Positions 1-10,661 of a DNA stretch of 64,000 nucleotides are shown piece by piece (within the stretch, counting starts at the first letter, position 1; every line of letters starts with the position of its first letter). The stretch is from the IMG/VR virus record IMGVR_UViG_3300032116_000016; one strand, 5' to 3'. This stretch comes from a virus. The notes under the pieces are model-generated. The model was not told the origin of the DNA. It saw only the letters and a list, made by a program, of their open reading frames with translations, and made no database searches. Made by a program: the position numbers and the translations under genes.

Positions 1-2301
1 ACTAGAGAAAGAGATTTGAGTTTCTTGACTCAAGGTATTAGTGAAATCGGGGGTGCATTCATTGGACCGACACCAAAAGGTCCAGCATTTATTCCAACTA
101 TCGTTAGAAGTCAACAAGAGTATGTTACCCAATTTGGTGAAGCCGACGCAAATCACTATACGGGATTAACAGTAAAAAATTATCTACGTGAAGCAGGTGT
201 AGCAACCATCGTTCGTGTTCTTGGATTAAACGGATACGATAATGATGAAGTTGTACCAGCATTAATCTACGCAAGTGGATCAACTGGTCAAAAATTGTTT
301 GCAGTATTGCATCCAAGTAGTACTGGTAACACTATTTCAGATGTTACTATATTAGGAAATTCTGGAAGTTTTAATCTTTCAGTAAACGTTCCAGGAACCG
401 CAGCTGATATTAGTGCAAGTGGATTAAGTGGCGACGCAGGTTCATCAGCATATCTAGGTGATTTTTTTGGATACACACCGGCAACTAGTAAGGGTGCGTA
501 TGTGTATGCAATCTTCCCAGAAGCAATAACATCTGTTGGAACCGCAGTCACTATGTCCGCAGTAACCTCAAGTACAGCATTGTTCTTCTCTGGTTCAGTA
601 TACGGTCGATACAGTAACGCATCAACTCCTTGGATTCAATCACAAACAGTTGGTGGTGATAACATTGACTTGTTTAAATTCTGGACATTGGGTGACGGTG
701 TAGCATCAAATAAAGAAATTAAAGTATCATTCTTGAATATGAAAAAAGCATCTGATGAAGATGAGTGGGCAACATTTACTATGTTGATTCGTTCATATGA
801 TGATACGGATGCACGTATTGAAGTTCTTGAACAATATGATAATGTAACATTGGATCCAGATAGTCCACAATTTATCGCACGTGTTGTTGGTAATAGTGCT
901 CCATATGACGATCCAAATACTGACGAACGTTATTATCAAGGTGATTTCCCAAATCGTTCAAAGTATGTATATGTTGAAATGAGCGATGCAGTAATTCCAA
1001 AAACAGCAGTACCATATGGATTTGCGGCACTACAATCACCAGTAAGTGTAACTTCAACAGCATTAGTATCACCAGATTATGTCACTTCACGTTGGTTGAG
1101 TGGTTCAACGGAAGGATATTCAATTGATGCAGTAGATAAGAAGTACTACTATGGTTGGAACTTTATGACCACAGAAGGTACAAATCCATCATATCTTGCA
1201 CCAATTCCATCAGGCTCAGTAAGTGTTGGTTCAGCATTTAATCTTGAATCATTAAGTGATGTTCCAGATGGATTGACATCAAAGACTATTGATATTGATG
1301 ATGATGACAGTCTCGCATATCGTAAATTCTCTGTTCCATTCCAAGGCGGATTTGACGGATTAAATCCAGCACGTGATATTAATCTCGGTGGTGACATTGT
1401 TGCTTCAAATTCACAAGGATTTAATTTAGCAAATTCAACAACCGATGGTTCAGTAGCATATAAGAAAGCTATCCAAGCTATCAGTAATCAAGACCAATGG
1501 GACTTCAACCTTCTTGTACTTCCAGGCGTTATTTACGAATATCATTCGTATATCGCAAACGAAGCATTAAGTTTGTGTGAAGAACGTGGTGATGCATTCT
1601 ATTTGATGGATACTGTTGGATTGAACTCGACCATTGCAAACGCAACTGGTAAGGCTGCAGAAATTGATAGTAACTATGCAGCAACTTACTATCCTTGGTT
1701 AAGAGTCATTGATGTAAATACAAACAAATTGCTTTGGGTTCCACCTTCAGTCATTCTTCCAGAAATTTATGCATACAACGACAACGTTGCAGCAGAATGG
1801 TTTGCACCAGCTGGTTTGAATCGTGGTGGTATCGCAAGTGCAGTCGGTGTACGTGCAAGACTTCCACAAGCACTTCGTGACACATTGTACGAAGGTAAGG
1901 TAAACCCAATCGCACAGTTCCCAGGTCAAGGCATCTGTGTATGGGGTCAAAAGACCTTACAACGCCGTCCATCAGCACTTGACCGTGTAAATGTCCGTCG
2001 TTTGTTAATCGCTGTGAAGAAATATATTGCAAGTGTTTCACGTTACCTCGTATTCGAACAAAACGTGGAATCCACTCGTAACCGTTTCTTAAACATTGTC
2101 AATCCATATTTGGCAAGTGTCCAAGAACGTTCTGGTTTGTACGCATTCCGTGTTATTATGGATGAAACCAACAATACACCGGATATTATCGATAGAAACA
2201 TCCTCTATGGACAACTCTATCTACAACCGACAAAGACCGCTGAATTCATTATTCTTGACTTCAACGTTCTTCCAACGGGCGCTACATTCCCAACAGCGTA
2301 A
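1..2301 (+). CDS. Contractile tail sheath protein (5'-truncated by window edge)
   Basis: Frame is open from base 1 (TRERDLSFLTQGISEIGGAFIGPT). C-terminal sheath motifs WFAPAGLNRG, LYEGKVNPI, VWGQKTLQ, LDRVNVRRLL and FEQN. Directly upstream of the tube gene. Confidence 0.95.
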   Translation, partial: TRERDLSFLTQGISEIGGAFIGPTPKGPAFIPTIVRSQQEYVTQFGEADANHYTGLTVKNYLREAGVATIVRVLGLNGYDNDEVVPALIYASGSTGQKLFAVLHPSSTGNTISDVTILGNSGSFNLSVNVPGTAADISASGLSGDAGSSAYLGDFFGYTPATSKGAYVYAIFPEAITSVGTAVTMSAVTSSTALFFSGSVYGRYSNASTPWIQSQTVGGDNIDLFKFWTLGDGVASNKEIKVSFLNMKKASDEDEWATFTMLIRSYDDTDARIEVLEQYDNVTLDPDSPQFIARVVGNSAPYDDPNTDERYYQGDFPNRSKYVYVEMSDAVIPKTAVPYGFAALQSPVSVTSTALVSPDYVTSRWLSGSTEGYSIDAVDKKYYYGWNFMTTEGTNPSYLAPIPSGSVSVGSAFNLESLSDVPDGLTSKTIDIDDDDSLAYRKFSVPFQGGFDGLNPARDINLGGDIVASNSQGFNLANSTTDGSVAYKKAIQAISNQDQWDFNLLVLPGVIYEYHSYIANEALSLCEERGDAFYLMDTVGLNSTIANATGKAAEIDSNYAATYYPWLRVIDVNTNKLLWVPPSVILPEIYAYNDNVAAEWFAPAGLNRGGIASAVGVRARLPQALRDTLYEGKVNPIAQFPGQGICVWGQKTLQRRPSALDRVNVRRLLIAVKKYIASVSRYLVFEQNVESTRNRFLNIVNPYLASVQERSGLYAFRVIMDETNNTPDIIDRNILYGQLYLQPTKTAEFIILDFNVLPTGATFPTA

Positions 2302-2309
2302 GCTGAAAC

Positions 2310-2340
2310 TGTGGAGGGAACCTAAAAAATTCCCTCCACA
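2310..2340 (+). terminator. Stem-loop after sheath gene (terminator or RNA-stability hairpin)
   Basis: Perfect 11-bp inverted repeat TGTGGAGGGAA / TTCCCTCCACA with a 9-nt loop. No clean U-tract on the + strand. Confidence 0.5.
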
Positions 2341-2355
2341 AATTCAACTAATTTA

Positions 2356-2364
2356 ATATTTATA
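2356..2364 (+). promoter_or_regulatory. ATATTTATA motif (candidate late promoter) upstream of tail tube
   Basis: Ends about 27 nt before ATG 2391. The same motif sits at similar spacing before several other genes. Confidence 0.6.
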
Positions 2365-2390
2365 GCTAGATATCCTTTCGGAGATTATAC

Positions 2391-2879
2391 ATGGCAAACC
2401 TAGTACAAGAACAAGAGCTATTCTTTACAGCATTTGAACCAAAAATGAAGAATCGCTTCATCCTTTATATGGATGGTATTCCTTCATACATCGTAAAGAA
2501 AATCAATCGTCCAAAGTTAACCCAAGACGCAAAAGCACTTGACCACATTAACGTTCAACGTTATGTTAAGGGCAAAACCAAGTGGGGCACAATGTCATTG
2601 ACACTTTACGATCCAATTGTTCCATCAGGCGCACAAGCAGTAATGGAATGGGTTCGTTTACACCACGAATCAGTAACAGGCCGTGACGGCTATCTTGAAT
2701 TCTACAAGAAAGATTTAACCCTCAACGTTCTTGGCCCAGTAGGTGACAAGGTTGAAGAGTGGATTATTAAGGGTGCACAAATTACTCAAGTAGACTTTGC
2801 AGAAATGGATTGGGGTGCAGATGACCAAGTTGAATTCACAATTGAAATTCAACCAGACTATTGCGTATTGAACTACTAA
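2391..2879 (+). CDS. Tail tube protein (T4 gp19-like)
   Basis: 162 aa after the sheath, with FEPKMKNRF, LTLYDPIVPSGAQAVMEW and EEWIIKGA motifs. GGAG RBS. Confidence 0.9.
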   Translation: MANLVQEQELFFTAFEPKMKNRFILYMDGIPSYIVKKINRPKLTQDAKALDHINVQRYVKGKTKWGTMSLTLYDPIVPSGAQAVMEWVRLHHESVTGRDGYLEFYKKDLTLNVLGPVGDKVEEWIIKGAQITQVDFAEMDWGADDQVEFTIEIQPDYCVLNY

Positions 2880-2899
2880 TCGTAGTTACAATTTAATAA

Positions 2900-2945
2900 T
2901 AACTCTCGCAGGTGTTCATTCATCTGCGAGAGTTATATTTTTATA
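2900..2945 (+). terminator. Rho-independent terminator after tail tube
   Basis: 15-bp stem TAACTCTCGCAGGTG / CATCTGCGAGAGTTA (one G-U pair), 6-nt loop, followed by T-rich TATTTTTAT. Confidence 0.75.
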
Positions 2946-2976
2946 AGTCAAAATCACTCTCTTAATATGGTTTTTG

Positions 2977-2985
2977 ATATTTATA
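2977..2985 (+). promoter_or_regulatory. ATATTTATA motif (candidate late promoter)
   Basis: Lies just after the terminator and about 28 nt before ATG 3013. Confidence 0.6.
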
Positions 2986-3012
2986 CAAGAGTGCTTTTTT
3001 CGTGAGAATACT

Positions 3013-3369
3013 ATGGCAGACATTACGGATTTTGATATAGGTCAAGGAGAAACTTTCAAAATTCTTGCACATATATACACCGATACATCTGGTAGTGTTC
3101 CTATAGACATTACCAATTACACGTTTGTTGGGCAAATGCGTGAAAACTACACAACAACAGAAGTTGCCGCCACATTTAATGTAGAAAAAATATTACCATA
3201 TGCTAGTGGTAGTATTTTTGTTAGTTTAACGCCGGAACAAACAGATATGTTAGAACAACGTACATATGTGTACGATTTATTGATGATTACGGGATCTTCG
3301 GGCGAAGTTGTTCGTCGTTTATTAGAAGGGGCATTTACGATCAGACCAGCAGTTACTAGAGATTACTAA
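3013..3369 (+). CDS. Small virion structural protein (Ig/BppU-like beta-sandwich)
   Basis: Start moved to ATG 3013 (GAG RBS). IGQGETF...YTFVGQMR...YVYDL...RLLEG.FTIRPAVTR pattern is common in phage tail/baseplate accessory proteins. Confidence 0.6.
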   Translation: MADITDFDIGQGETFKILAHIYTDTSGSVPIDITNYTFVGQMRENYTTTEVAATFNVEKILPYASGSIFVSLTPEQTDMLEQRTYVYDLLMITGSSGEVVRRLLEGAFTIRPAVTRDY

Positions 3370-4454
3370 TGGCACATATTGAATTAGATGTTCCAGATTT
3401 AAATGTCAATATAGAAAGTGAAATAAATAATACGCGTGTCATTTTACGACAACCTACAACTTTAGTATCCCAGACTTCTCCATACTTAAATGTAGCACAG
3501 AGCGCAATAACTGCGTCATACGCAGTAACTTCGTCGTATGCTATTTATGCATTATCGCTTAGTGGGTCTATTGAATCTGCGTCTTATTCTGCGTTTGCAG
3601 CGTCATCATCGTATGCATTAACTGCTTCATATGTAAGTGGAGCGGCCAGTACATGGGATACTATTTCAAACAAACCAATTGGATTGGTATCATCATCTAC
3701 ACAAATATCAAACTATAATATATTTGTAACAACTGGTTCAAATCAATTTAATGGAAATCAGTACATTACCGGTTCACTAAATGTAACACAAGGTATAACT
3801 AGTTCGTTATTTGGTACTAGTAGTTGGGCAAACTACGCAACCACTGCGTCTTATGTTAGTGGAATGTCAAGTGATTGGGACGATATAACAAATAAACCTA
3901 GTGGACTTGTATCCAGTTCGGTACAAATTAATACTGGGTCATTTAGTGGATCATTTACTGGTCAACTTATTGGTACCAGTAGTTGGGCAAATAATTCAAT
4001 TTCAAGTAGTTACGCAGAAACTTCTAGTCTAACATTTAAAGTATCAGTATATACGGGAAGTGCAACGGTCGGCCAGGCATCGTACACCGGCTCATTTACT
4101 GGTTCTTTCAACGGTACAGCAAGTTTCGCAACTACAGCATCGTATGCATTAAATTCTTCGGCAATAACATCGTCAGCTACCGCACCGGCATATCCTGCTC
4201 AGAATGAACTATGGTATGATAACACAACTGGTAAAACATACATCTATTATGTTAGCGCAAGTCAAGGGCAGTGGGTATTACAATCAGACCCAACATACGA
4301 TGTAGGTGCTGTTGTACAAGCAGCAAGTTCATCTATAACGTTTACTATTCCAAATTTTCAACCAACTACACCATTAACTGGATCAATTTATTTTTCTGGT
4401 AATTGGTTGTATATCTATAACGGCACTAAATATGTTAGTGCAAGTCTAAATTAA
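3369..4454 (+). CDS. Ser/Ala/Thr-rich tail fibre-like protein
   Basis: Repeated ASYA/SSWAN motifs, a duplicated WD.I.NKP.GLVSSS segment, a P.QNELWYDNTTGKTYIYY fibre motif and a C-terminal GSIYFSGNWLYIYNG. Confidence 0.6.
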   Translation: MAHIELDVPDLNVNIESEINNTRVILRQPTTLVSQTSPYLNVAQSAITASYAVTSSYAIYALSLSGSIESASYSAFAASSSYALTASYVSGAASTWDTISNKPIGLVSSSTQISNYNIFVTTGSNQFNGNQYITGSLNVTQGITSSLFGTSSWANYATTASYVSGMSSDWDDITNKPSGLVSSSVQINTGSFSGSFTGQLIGTSSWANNSISSSYAETSSLTFKVSVYTGSATVGQASYTGSFTGSFNGTASFATTASYALNSSAITSSATAPAYPAQNELWYDNTTGKTYIYYVSASQGQWVLQSDPTYDVGAVVQAASSSITFTIPNFQPTTPLTGSIYFSGNWLYIYNGTKYVSASLN

Positions 4455-4466
4455 TAGGAATGTGAT

Positions 4467-5423
4467 ATGTTAAGTTTTCCGACAAACCCAACGACGGGAC
4501 AGCAATATACAGATGGAAATGGAAAAGTGTGGAAATACGATAGCGTGAAGTGGAATATATCCAACACGCCCGGCATCAAACAATTTTTCGGAACAAAAAT
4601 TAGTTTAGCAAATGATGTATTTTTAAATGATACATTAAGTACAATACCATGGGATACAGAAGAATTTGATACCTCTGGGTTTTTTAATGCATCAGCTGCA
4701 ACTATAATACGCATTCCAACTACCGGATACTATAGATTACATTTGTCAATATACACGGGACAAGAAGGTAACGGTGCGTCATATACTATCGAATTAAAAA
4801 GAAACTCATCGACATTAATACAAGAGTCGATGGCTGCTTATCAATCGGGTATATATGACGTAACTACATTATTAAATAGCGGTGATGAAATTATATTATA
4901 TGCGTCCGAAGATAATAATATTGGTAGATTAGTTGAAGGTACATTCGTGGAAGTTCAGTTGGTGGGATATACATTCGGTAGTTCGTTAATTCCTGGATTT
5001 GAATTTAGCGGAATAAAAGCAGAATTGCAAAATCAATTATCGGTATCAAGTACAGAAACTGCTATAGAATGGTTAACATCTGATATTGTATTTAATACAA
5101 ATGCTGATTCGGCAGGAAACGTATATTGGGATAACGGCGAACCTAGCAAATTTACAGTATCCACTGCTGGATATTATAGATTACGTGCATTTATTTTAAC
5201 TGGTATAAATGGTTCATCTGATTCATATACGATTAATGTCAAAAAAAACAACACCACAGATATAGAAACAATAACGTTAGGCGCAAACGAATCGGCTGAA
5301 TTAGACGAAACATATTATTTAGAATTAAATGATTATATAGAAATAACATATAGTAATACTGAAAATTTAGGTACTATAGAAGCAGACAATACATTTTTTG
5401 AATTAACACGGTTAGGAGTATAG
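4467..5423 (+). CDS. Fibre-associated protein with two tandem C1q/TNF-like beta-sandwich domains
   Basis: N-terminal FPTNPTTGQQY...WKYDSVKW fibre motif. Two repeats containing IPTTGYYRL and VSTAGYYRL, resembling the gC1q 'P..G.Y.F' strand. Confidence 0.55.
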   Translation: MLSFPTNPTTGQQYTDGNGKVWKYDSVKWNISNTPGIKQFFGTKISLANDVFLNDTLSTIPWDTEEFDTSGFFNASAATIIRIPTTGYYRLHLSIYTGQEGNGASYTIELKRNSSTLIQESMAAYQSGIYDVTTLLNSGDEIILYASEDNNIGRLVEGTFVEVQLVGYTFGSSLIPGFEFSGIKAELQNQLSVSSTETAIEWLTSDIVFNTNADSAGNVYWDNGEPSKFTVSTAGYYRLRAFILTGINGSSDSYTINVKKNNTTDIETITLGANESAELDETYYLELNDYIEITYSNTENLGTIEADNTFFELTRLGV

Positions 5424-5424
5424 T

Positions 5425-5790
5425 ATGGCATTTATCAAATCGACAAATCTTATTACTGACGTTGCACTCACTGTAGATGGTTTGGTAGGTGGAACTAATG
5501 GTAAAATAGTACGAATAAGTGGAAACAATACTGTAACCAACGCAAGTTATAATGACACGGCATCTCAATTAAATGCAGTACTATTTAAACAGGCAGGCGT
5601 ATATTACGCAGCAGGTGTAATACCGGAATTAAGTGGACTTGTAGCAGGCGCTCCATATTTTCTTGATGAGTTTGGTGGATTAACTTCATCACCACCAACA
5701 CCATCTTCAACAATTCGAGTATTATATATTGGATTTGCAATTAATACTACTGATTTACTTTTCCGTCCTGGTATTCCTATCTCGGGTTAA
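5425..5790 (+). CDS. Small virion protein (cement/decoration-like)
   Basis: SGLVAGAPYFLDEFGGLTSSPP...IGFAINTTDL pattern resembles phage cement/decoration beta-folds. Located in the structural module. Confidence 0.45.
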   Translation: MAFIKSTNLITDVALTVDGLVGGTNGKIVRISGNNTVTNASYNDTASQLNAVLFKQAGVYYAAGVIPELSGLVAGAPYFLDEFGGLTSSPPTPSSTIRVLYIGFAINTTDLLFRPGIPISG

Positions 5791-5792
5791 TT

Positions 5793-6434
5793 ATGGCACA
5801 AATTTATAATTGGAACGTAGAAGGTTTTCGTAATTCCTATGAAAAATACGTATACAAACAAAAAGGATGTAAAGCTAAACACATAAAGAGTTGTGTGTGT
5901 ACTGGAAAACTGGCAACATACTGTCGTCAGTATTTTACATCTATGAAAATGTTTGATATCCGTGCGCAACATATTGTCACACATTTTAATCTTGCCGCAG
6001 GTAGTCGGGTGTTGGTCGCAGGATGTGCATTAGGATTTTTGATGGAATCATTACAAAAGTTGGGTATGGTCGTATACGGATTTGATAATTCATCTTATAT
6101 TCAATTACTAACCAAAGACCCCAAAAATCCAGAAAAAATACAATTTCCAATTCATAATATTGATATTACGTCAAGTAACTTTACTACCGAAATACAACAA
6201 GCAACGGGTCACACCGCATTTGATTGTATAGTGACTGAAGATGTACTCCCGTCATTTGATGACTTTACACAAATTATTTTTAATTGTAATAGTGTGTCAC
6301 AGAAGGTATTTCATATTGTAGATTTAGATTGTGGTGAAGCATTTACTAATAAAACAGTAGAGCAATGGATCGATGTCAGTCCTTCACATACGTGGGCAAA
6401 TTACGAAGGAGTAGTGTTAAATGCCAATAACTAA
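5793..6434 (+). CDS. Class I SAM-dependent methyltransferase
   Basis: Motif I VLVAGCALGFL followed by VYGFDNS and IHNIDIT. Confidence 0.75.
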   Translation: MAQIYNWNVEGFRNSYEKYVYKQKGCKAKHIKSCVCTGKLATYCRQYFTSMKMFDIRAQHIVTHFNLAAGSRVLVAGCALGFLMESLQKLGMVVYGFDNSSYIQLLTKDPKNPEKIQFPIHNIDITSSNFTTEIQQATGHTAFDCIVTEDVLPSFDDFTQIIFNCNSVSQKVFHIVDLDCGEAFTNKTVEQWIDVSPSHTWANYEGVVLNANN

Positions 6435-9400
6435 TGTCACTAGAAGTGTAGACCTTAATAATACTAAATGGTATCTCCCACATCCCGCAGGTTGCGGGAT
6501 GGACGAGGGATATTATATTATTTATTCAGCAAGTTCCACATCTAATCAGATCAATAACGGCTCTGGATTAATTAGAGCGTATAAATGGAATACATTACTA
6601 TCTGGATCTCGTACTGATGGGTTTCACACGATAACAGGAACCGTACAATTAGTATCGGAAAGTTTAAGTGGGTCTAGCAATTGGGTCAATTATCACGGTA
6701 GTGATATTATTCATATTGGTCGTGGTGTAAACGATATTACTGGTGTTCGTGAAGATGATGCGTTTTTCTTTGCTCATTTAGGACAATATGGTACGACTAG
6801 TGCGACACTTGACGATTTCTTCTATTGGGATCGTTTGTATGTACCGACCGGATCATATACTTGGGATTTTTATCAATATCATGCACACAATCCTACGTCA
6901 TATGCGACATTTAATAATGGTCGATTTGTAATGGGAGCAGAAGATAGACAAGGACCAACTGGAATTGAAGAATATGGGCATATGATTAACGTGTCTGTAA
7001 AATCTGGAGCAACAAATTATTTATCTGTTATGGCTCGCGTTCACACACCGTCCGTTGGTGGTGCACACAATTCTCATAACGATTTAGAACTTCCATCTGT
7101 CACAAATAAAAATTATATGATGGGTGGTATAATTAATGGATCATCTGATAGATTTCATGCATTTTACTTGACAGCAAATGGATCACAATGGGATGTATTT
7201 TCTCGTACATTTAATTATGTTAATCAAGTGTTTAATGCCGAAGTCAATCATGGGACATATGATTTAGCAGATGCACAGATTGCTAGAACACCAGGGTCGT
7301 CTAGTTTGTATCCATTTCGCGCAAGTGTAGGAAAACGTATAGGATCGGAAATATATATTCCTGCTATTTACAATAGCGGTTCTTCTGGAAAATTTGACTT
7401 AAAGGTGTGGAACTTTACATCCGCAAATAACCTATCAGAACTCCCAACAGTAACAACTATTATCAGCGGTTCGAATGTACGACCGGATTGTCATTTAGAA
7501 ATTGCTAATAATACTTTATACGCAGCGGTCAGTAATACAAATGATGGTGGAGTAAATTTGTATAAATATAGTGCTAGTGTGTGGTACAATCAAGGACAAA
7601 TTGTATCTAATAATCCTGGAAAATATTTACGTGTTCACGGATTGAACTTTAATGTAGAAGAATTCAAATTTTACACAATGATTTCCGGTGACGCTTCGGG
7701 GTCGGGTACGACATATTCTGGGTCAGGTGTGTACTCCTTTTCTCCAGACATCCCGTTTTTAGGTTATAAGCATTTAGATTACATCACAGGTAGTAATTCA
7801 TTTATTGTACGAAATGCCTTAACAAATGGCTACGTGCAGTTTGATACATCAACGGGTACATTAAAACGTTCTGGATCTCAAGAACCACAAGGTCTTGATG
7901 TGACTATGCCCGTTTTACAATATGATGATAGCAGTACACAATTTTTTGATAAACGACAAGCTGTTTTGTCGGCCGACGAAAATTTTATACAAGGTATAGA
8001 ATTACAGGACGGTCGCCAGTTATTTGTGGGTACTAAAGCAGCGATAGATGATGACTTTGATATTAATTATAACAACGGTCTTATCGCATTGTTTAGTCCA
8101 GGAGATACATCGCCACCAGAATATTACCAAGTTACTGGACGTTTTGATGACTTTATTACGGGCGTAACACAAGCATCAAATGGTAAAATTTATATTGTCG
8201 GATATACTAAAGATGAATTAGTACCGAAAAGTAGATTATTCGTACATGGTATTGGTCGTGGATTAGTAAAGTCAATGAACACTACAGAAAAAATTGAATT
8301 TATTGATATGGTAACGGACAGTACGGGGTCACAATACTATGCTGGGAACCATATTCAAAGTTCAAGTATTGTAGTTGCAAAATACGACAAGGATTTTGAT
8401 CTTCAATGGCAACGAGATATATCTGGTGGGTCATTAGCAGATACCGCATATGCAATTACTCGGGACACCTTGGGATACCTATATGTCGCCGGTGGTACTA
8501 CTAACAGTGGAAGTGGAAATCAAGATGCATTATTAATTAAGTTAGACTCTACTGGATCTATTGTGTGGACAAAAATGTACGGTACGTCTGACAATCAATA
8601 TGCAAGCTCTGTTGCTCGGGTCACAAAAAATAACACAGATTATATTTTACTTTCCGTTGTTTCGGGTAGTACAACAACTCTTACAACGGTTGATACTGAC
8701 GGTACTATTCAAGAACAAAACTCGTATCCTAATTTAGTAGTAAATAGAGTACGCAGACATGAAACCACATCAGACGGTAGGTTTACCTTTGCAGGAAAAA
8801 TTACGGGAAGTGTCAGTACAGCATCATTTGGAGTAGGAACAATTATCAACACTCCAATGATAGAATGGATGCGCAGTCACAACAGCGCTTCTACAAATAC
8901 GGAAGCAATGGACATGCGAAACACCGGTACGGGTTCTGGATATTTGGAATATGTAGTGGTGGGTACGGAAGGTACGAATGGATTTGCAACAGAAATTGTT
9001 AGTCAAAGTGGTGGACTAACAAGTCAATGGACAACTACTACGTCAGGTTCATATTGGAAAGCAGTCTCCGCATCTCCATCATCGGTCGCCACTTCATCAC
9101 GACGATTTTTTGCTGTGGGGTATGCAAGTAGTTCTGGTACACAAGTAACTGGTGCTGAACATGGGGGTGGTGATGGTATTATTGCTGGATTTGATAACAC
9201 GGGAAGTGTATTCTTTATTAATGGATTAGGTCACGATAAGGCAGAATCATTATATGCAATAGAACGTGATGTTACGACATTTAATTATATCACTGCAGGG
9301 TGGTCAGAATCACATACCAACGGACGCCGAGGATTGATATTTAGATTTGCTCGTACTGGTTTTGGAACTGGTAATCATCATTTACAAGATGAAACGGGAA

Positions 9401-10647
9401 TGGATATGTGGTATGCTTCTGCTTCAGCACTAACTTCAACCGCAAGTTTAGGTACATCCAGTACATCAACAACACCAACTAATACTGCAGGAACATTATT
9501 AACAAGCGCGTCTATAACATTTACTTCAATATCTAGTTCATACATGAACGAAATTTACGAAGGTAGTAATGTGTTTGACGGATTTTTTGGCGTACTAGAT
9601 TTAAACGATTTACAAGAATATAAAAATTCCGGCTCTTATATTGAAGGAGCAATTAATCCTATTAATAGTTTAGTTACATGGACACAAATTGGTGTAGCCG
9701 GTGACGGTGAAGCAGACGATGGTAATATCTTTGCGTACGATGTAATTGAATTAACCTCGGGTAGTAACGCAGGACGTATTGGAATTGCAGCGGTAGCATC
9801 TGGTGACGTAGTAGCATATAATACGGGTAACACGGGTGTGTACGATTATATGATTGCGTTTTATGATCCCGCTAATCCACTTTCTGATACCGGATTCTTA
9901 ATTAATCAGATTGGTACAGAATTCGATGAAGAAATTTATTCGCTTACCGAATTATCAGATGGGCGGGTAGCATTCGTTGGTCGTACAGCGGGCGACCTTG
10001 GTGGTACGCCCGTAGGTGGATATGATATTTTCTTGGGTATCACCGATGTTCGTAACTTGACACAATTTGTCCCACCTGCCGGCGGTGCGGCACGATTTAC
10101 CACCGACTATTATACTACTGGATCTGGGTTAGCTGACCGAGGATTTGTTGTGCATGATATAAATAACGTTATACCAAATACGTTAGCAATTACGTATGAA
10201 ACTGCTGGTGACGTTGGTGGTAGTGCAAATCTTGGTGCAGAAGATATCGGTATTATTTTATTTAATTATAGTACTGATACTTGGGGCAATGTCTATCAGT
10301 TAGGTACCACACAAAACGATACATTAAATACTTTTGGCAAACCAAGCACGTATTTGAGAGATGGTCGTATTGCAATTGTAGGGTCTACTACAGGTGTATT
10401 TGCTGATGATGGAAATTCGTTTGGTTCTAGTGATGTGTTTGTGGCGATATTTGATATAACAACGGAAACGTGGAAAAAATATCAAATAGGAACTGGTGCG
10501 GCAGATTTTGGTAATTCCGTACAAGTTGGTGCAGGTAACAAACTAATTATAGCAGGCACTACTGCTGCATCATTTACCTCACCAAATGATGGAATTACGG
10601 TTAGTTTTAATGCGGCACGTGGAATTAAGGGACGAATAACAGAATAA
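6421..10647 (+). CDS. Large virion protein with beta-propeller (SBBP-like) repeats
   Basis: 1408 aa. Repeats such as AITRDTLGYLYVAGGT...DALLIKLDSTGSIVWTKMYG and LTELSDGRVAFVGRT.GDLGG...GGYDIFL. Confidence 0.65.
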   Translation: MPITNVTRSVDLNNTKWYLPHPAGCGMDEGYYIIYSASSTSNQINNGSGLIRAYKWNTLLSGSRTDGFHTITGTVQLVSESLSGSSNWVNYHGSDIIHIGRGVNDITGVREDDAFFFAHLGQYGTTSATLDDFFYWDRLYVPTGSYTWDFYQYHAHNPTSYATFNNGRFVMGAEDRQGPTGIEEYGHMINVSVKSGATNYLSVMARVHTPSVGGAHNSHNDLELPSVTNKNYMMGGIINGSSDRFHAFYLTANGSQWDVFSRTFNYVNQVFNAEVNHGTYDLADAQIARTPGSSSLYPFRASVGKRIGSEIYIPAIYNSGSSGKFDLKVWNFTSANNLSELPTVTTIISGSNVRPDCHLEIANNTLYAAVSNTNDGGVNLYKYSASVWYNQGQIVSNNPGKYLRVHGLNFNVEEFKFYTMISGDASGSGTTYSGSGVYSFSPDIPFLGYKHLDYITGSNSFIVRNALTNGYVQFDTSTGTLKRSGSQEPQGLDVTMPVLQYDDSSTQFFDKRQAVLSADENFIQGIELQDGRQLFVGTKAAIDDDFDINYNNGLIALFSPGDTSPPEYYQVTGRFDDFITGVTQASNGKIYIVGYTKDELVPKSRLFVHGIGRGLVKSMNTTEKIEFIDMVTDSTGSQYYAGNHIQSSSIVVAKYDKDFDLQWQRDISGGSLADTAYAITRDTLGYLYVAGGTTNSGSGNQDALLIKLDSTGSIVWTKMYGTSDNQYASSVARVTKNNTDYILLSVVSGSTTTLTTVDTDGTIQEQNSYPNLVVNRVRRHETTSDGRFTFAGKITGSVSTASFGVGTIINTPMIEWMRSHNSASTNTEAMDMRNTGTGSGYLEYVVVGTEGTNGFATEIVSQSGGLTSQWTTTTSGSYWKAVSASPSSVATSSRRFFAVGYASSSGTQVTGAEHGGGDGIIAGFDNTGSVFFINGLGHDKAESLYAIERDVTTFNYITAGWSESHTNGRRGLIFRFARTGFGTGNHHLQDETGMDMWYASASALTSTASLGTSSTSTTPTNTAGTLLTSASITFTSISSSYMNEIYEGSNVFDGFFGVLDLNDLQEYKNSGSYIEGAINPINSLVTWTQIGVAGDGEADDGNIFAYDVIELTSGSNAGRIGIAAVASGDVVAYNTGNTGVYDYMIAFYDPANPLSDTGFLINQIGTEFDEEIYSLTELSDGRVAFVGRTAGDLGGTPVGGYDIFLGITDVRNLTQFVPPAGGAARFTTDYYTTGSGLADRGFVVHDINNVIPNTLAITYETAGDVGGSANLGAEDIGIILFNYSTDTWGNVYQLGTTQNDTLNTFGKPSTYLRDGRIAIVGSTTGVFADDGNSFGSSDVFVAIFDITTETWKKYQIGTGAADFGNSVQVGAGNKLIIAGTTAASFTSPNDGITVSFNAARGIKGRITE

Positions 10648-10661
10648 CGGAGTTATGTACT

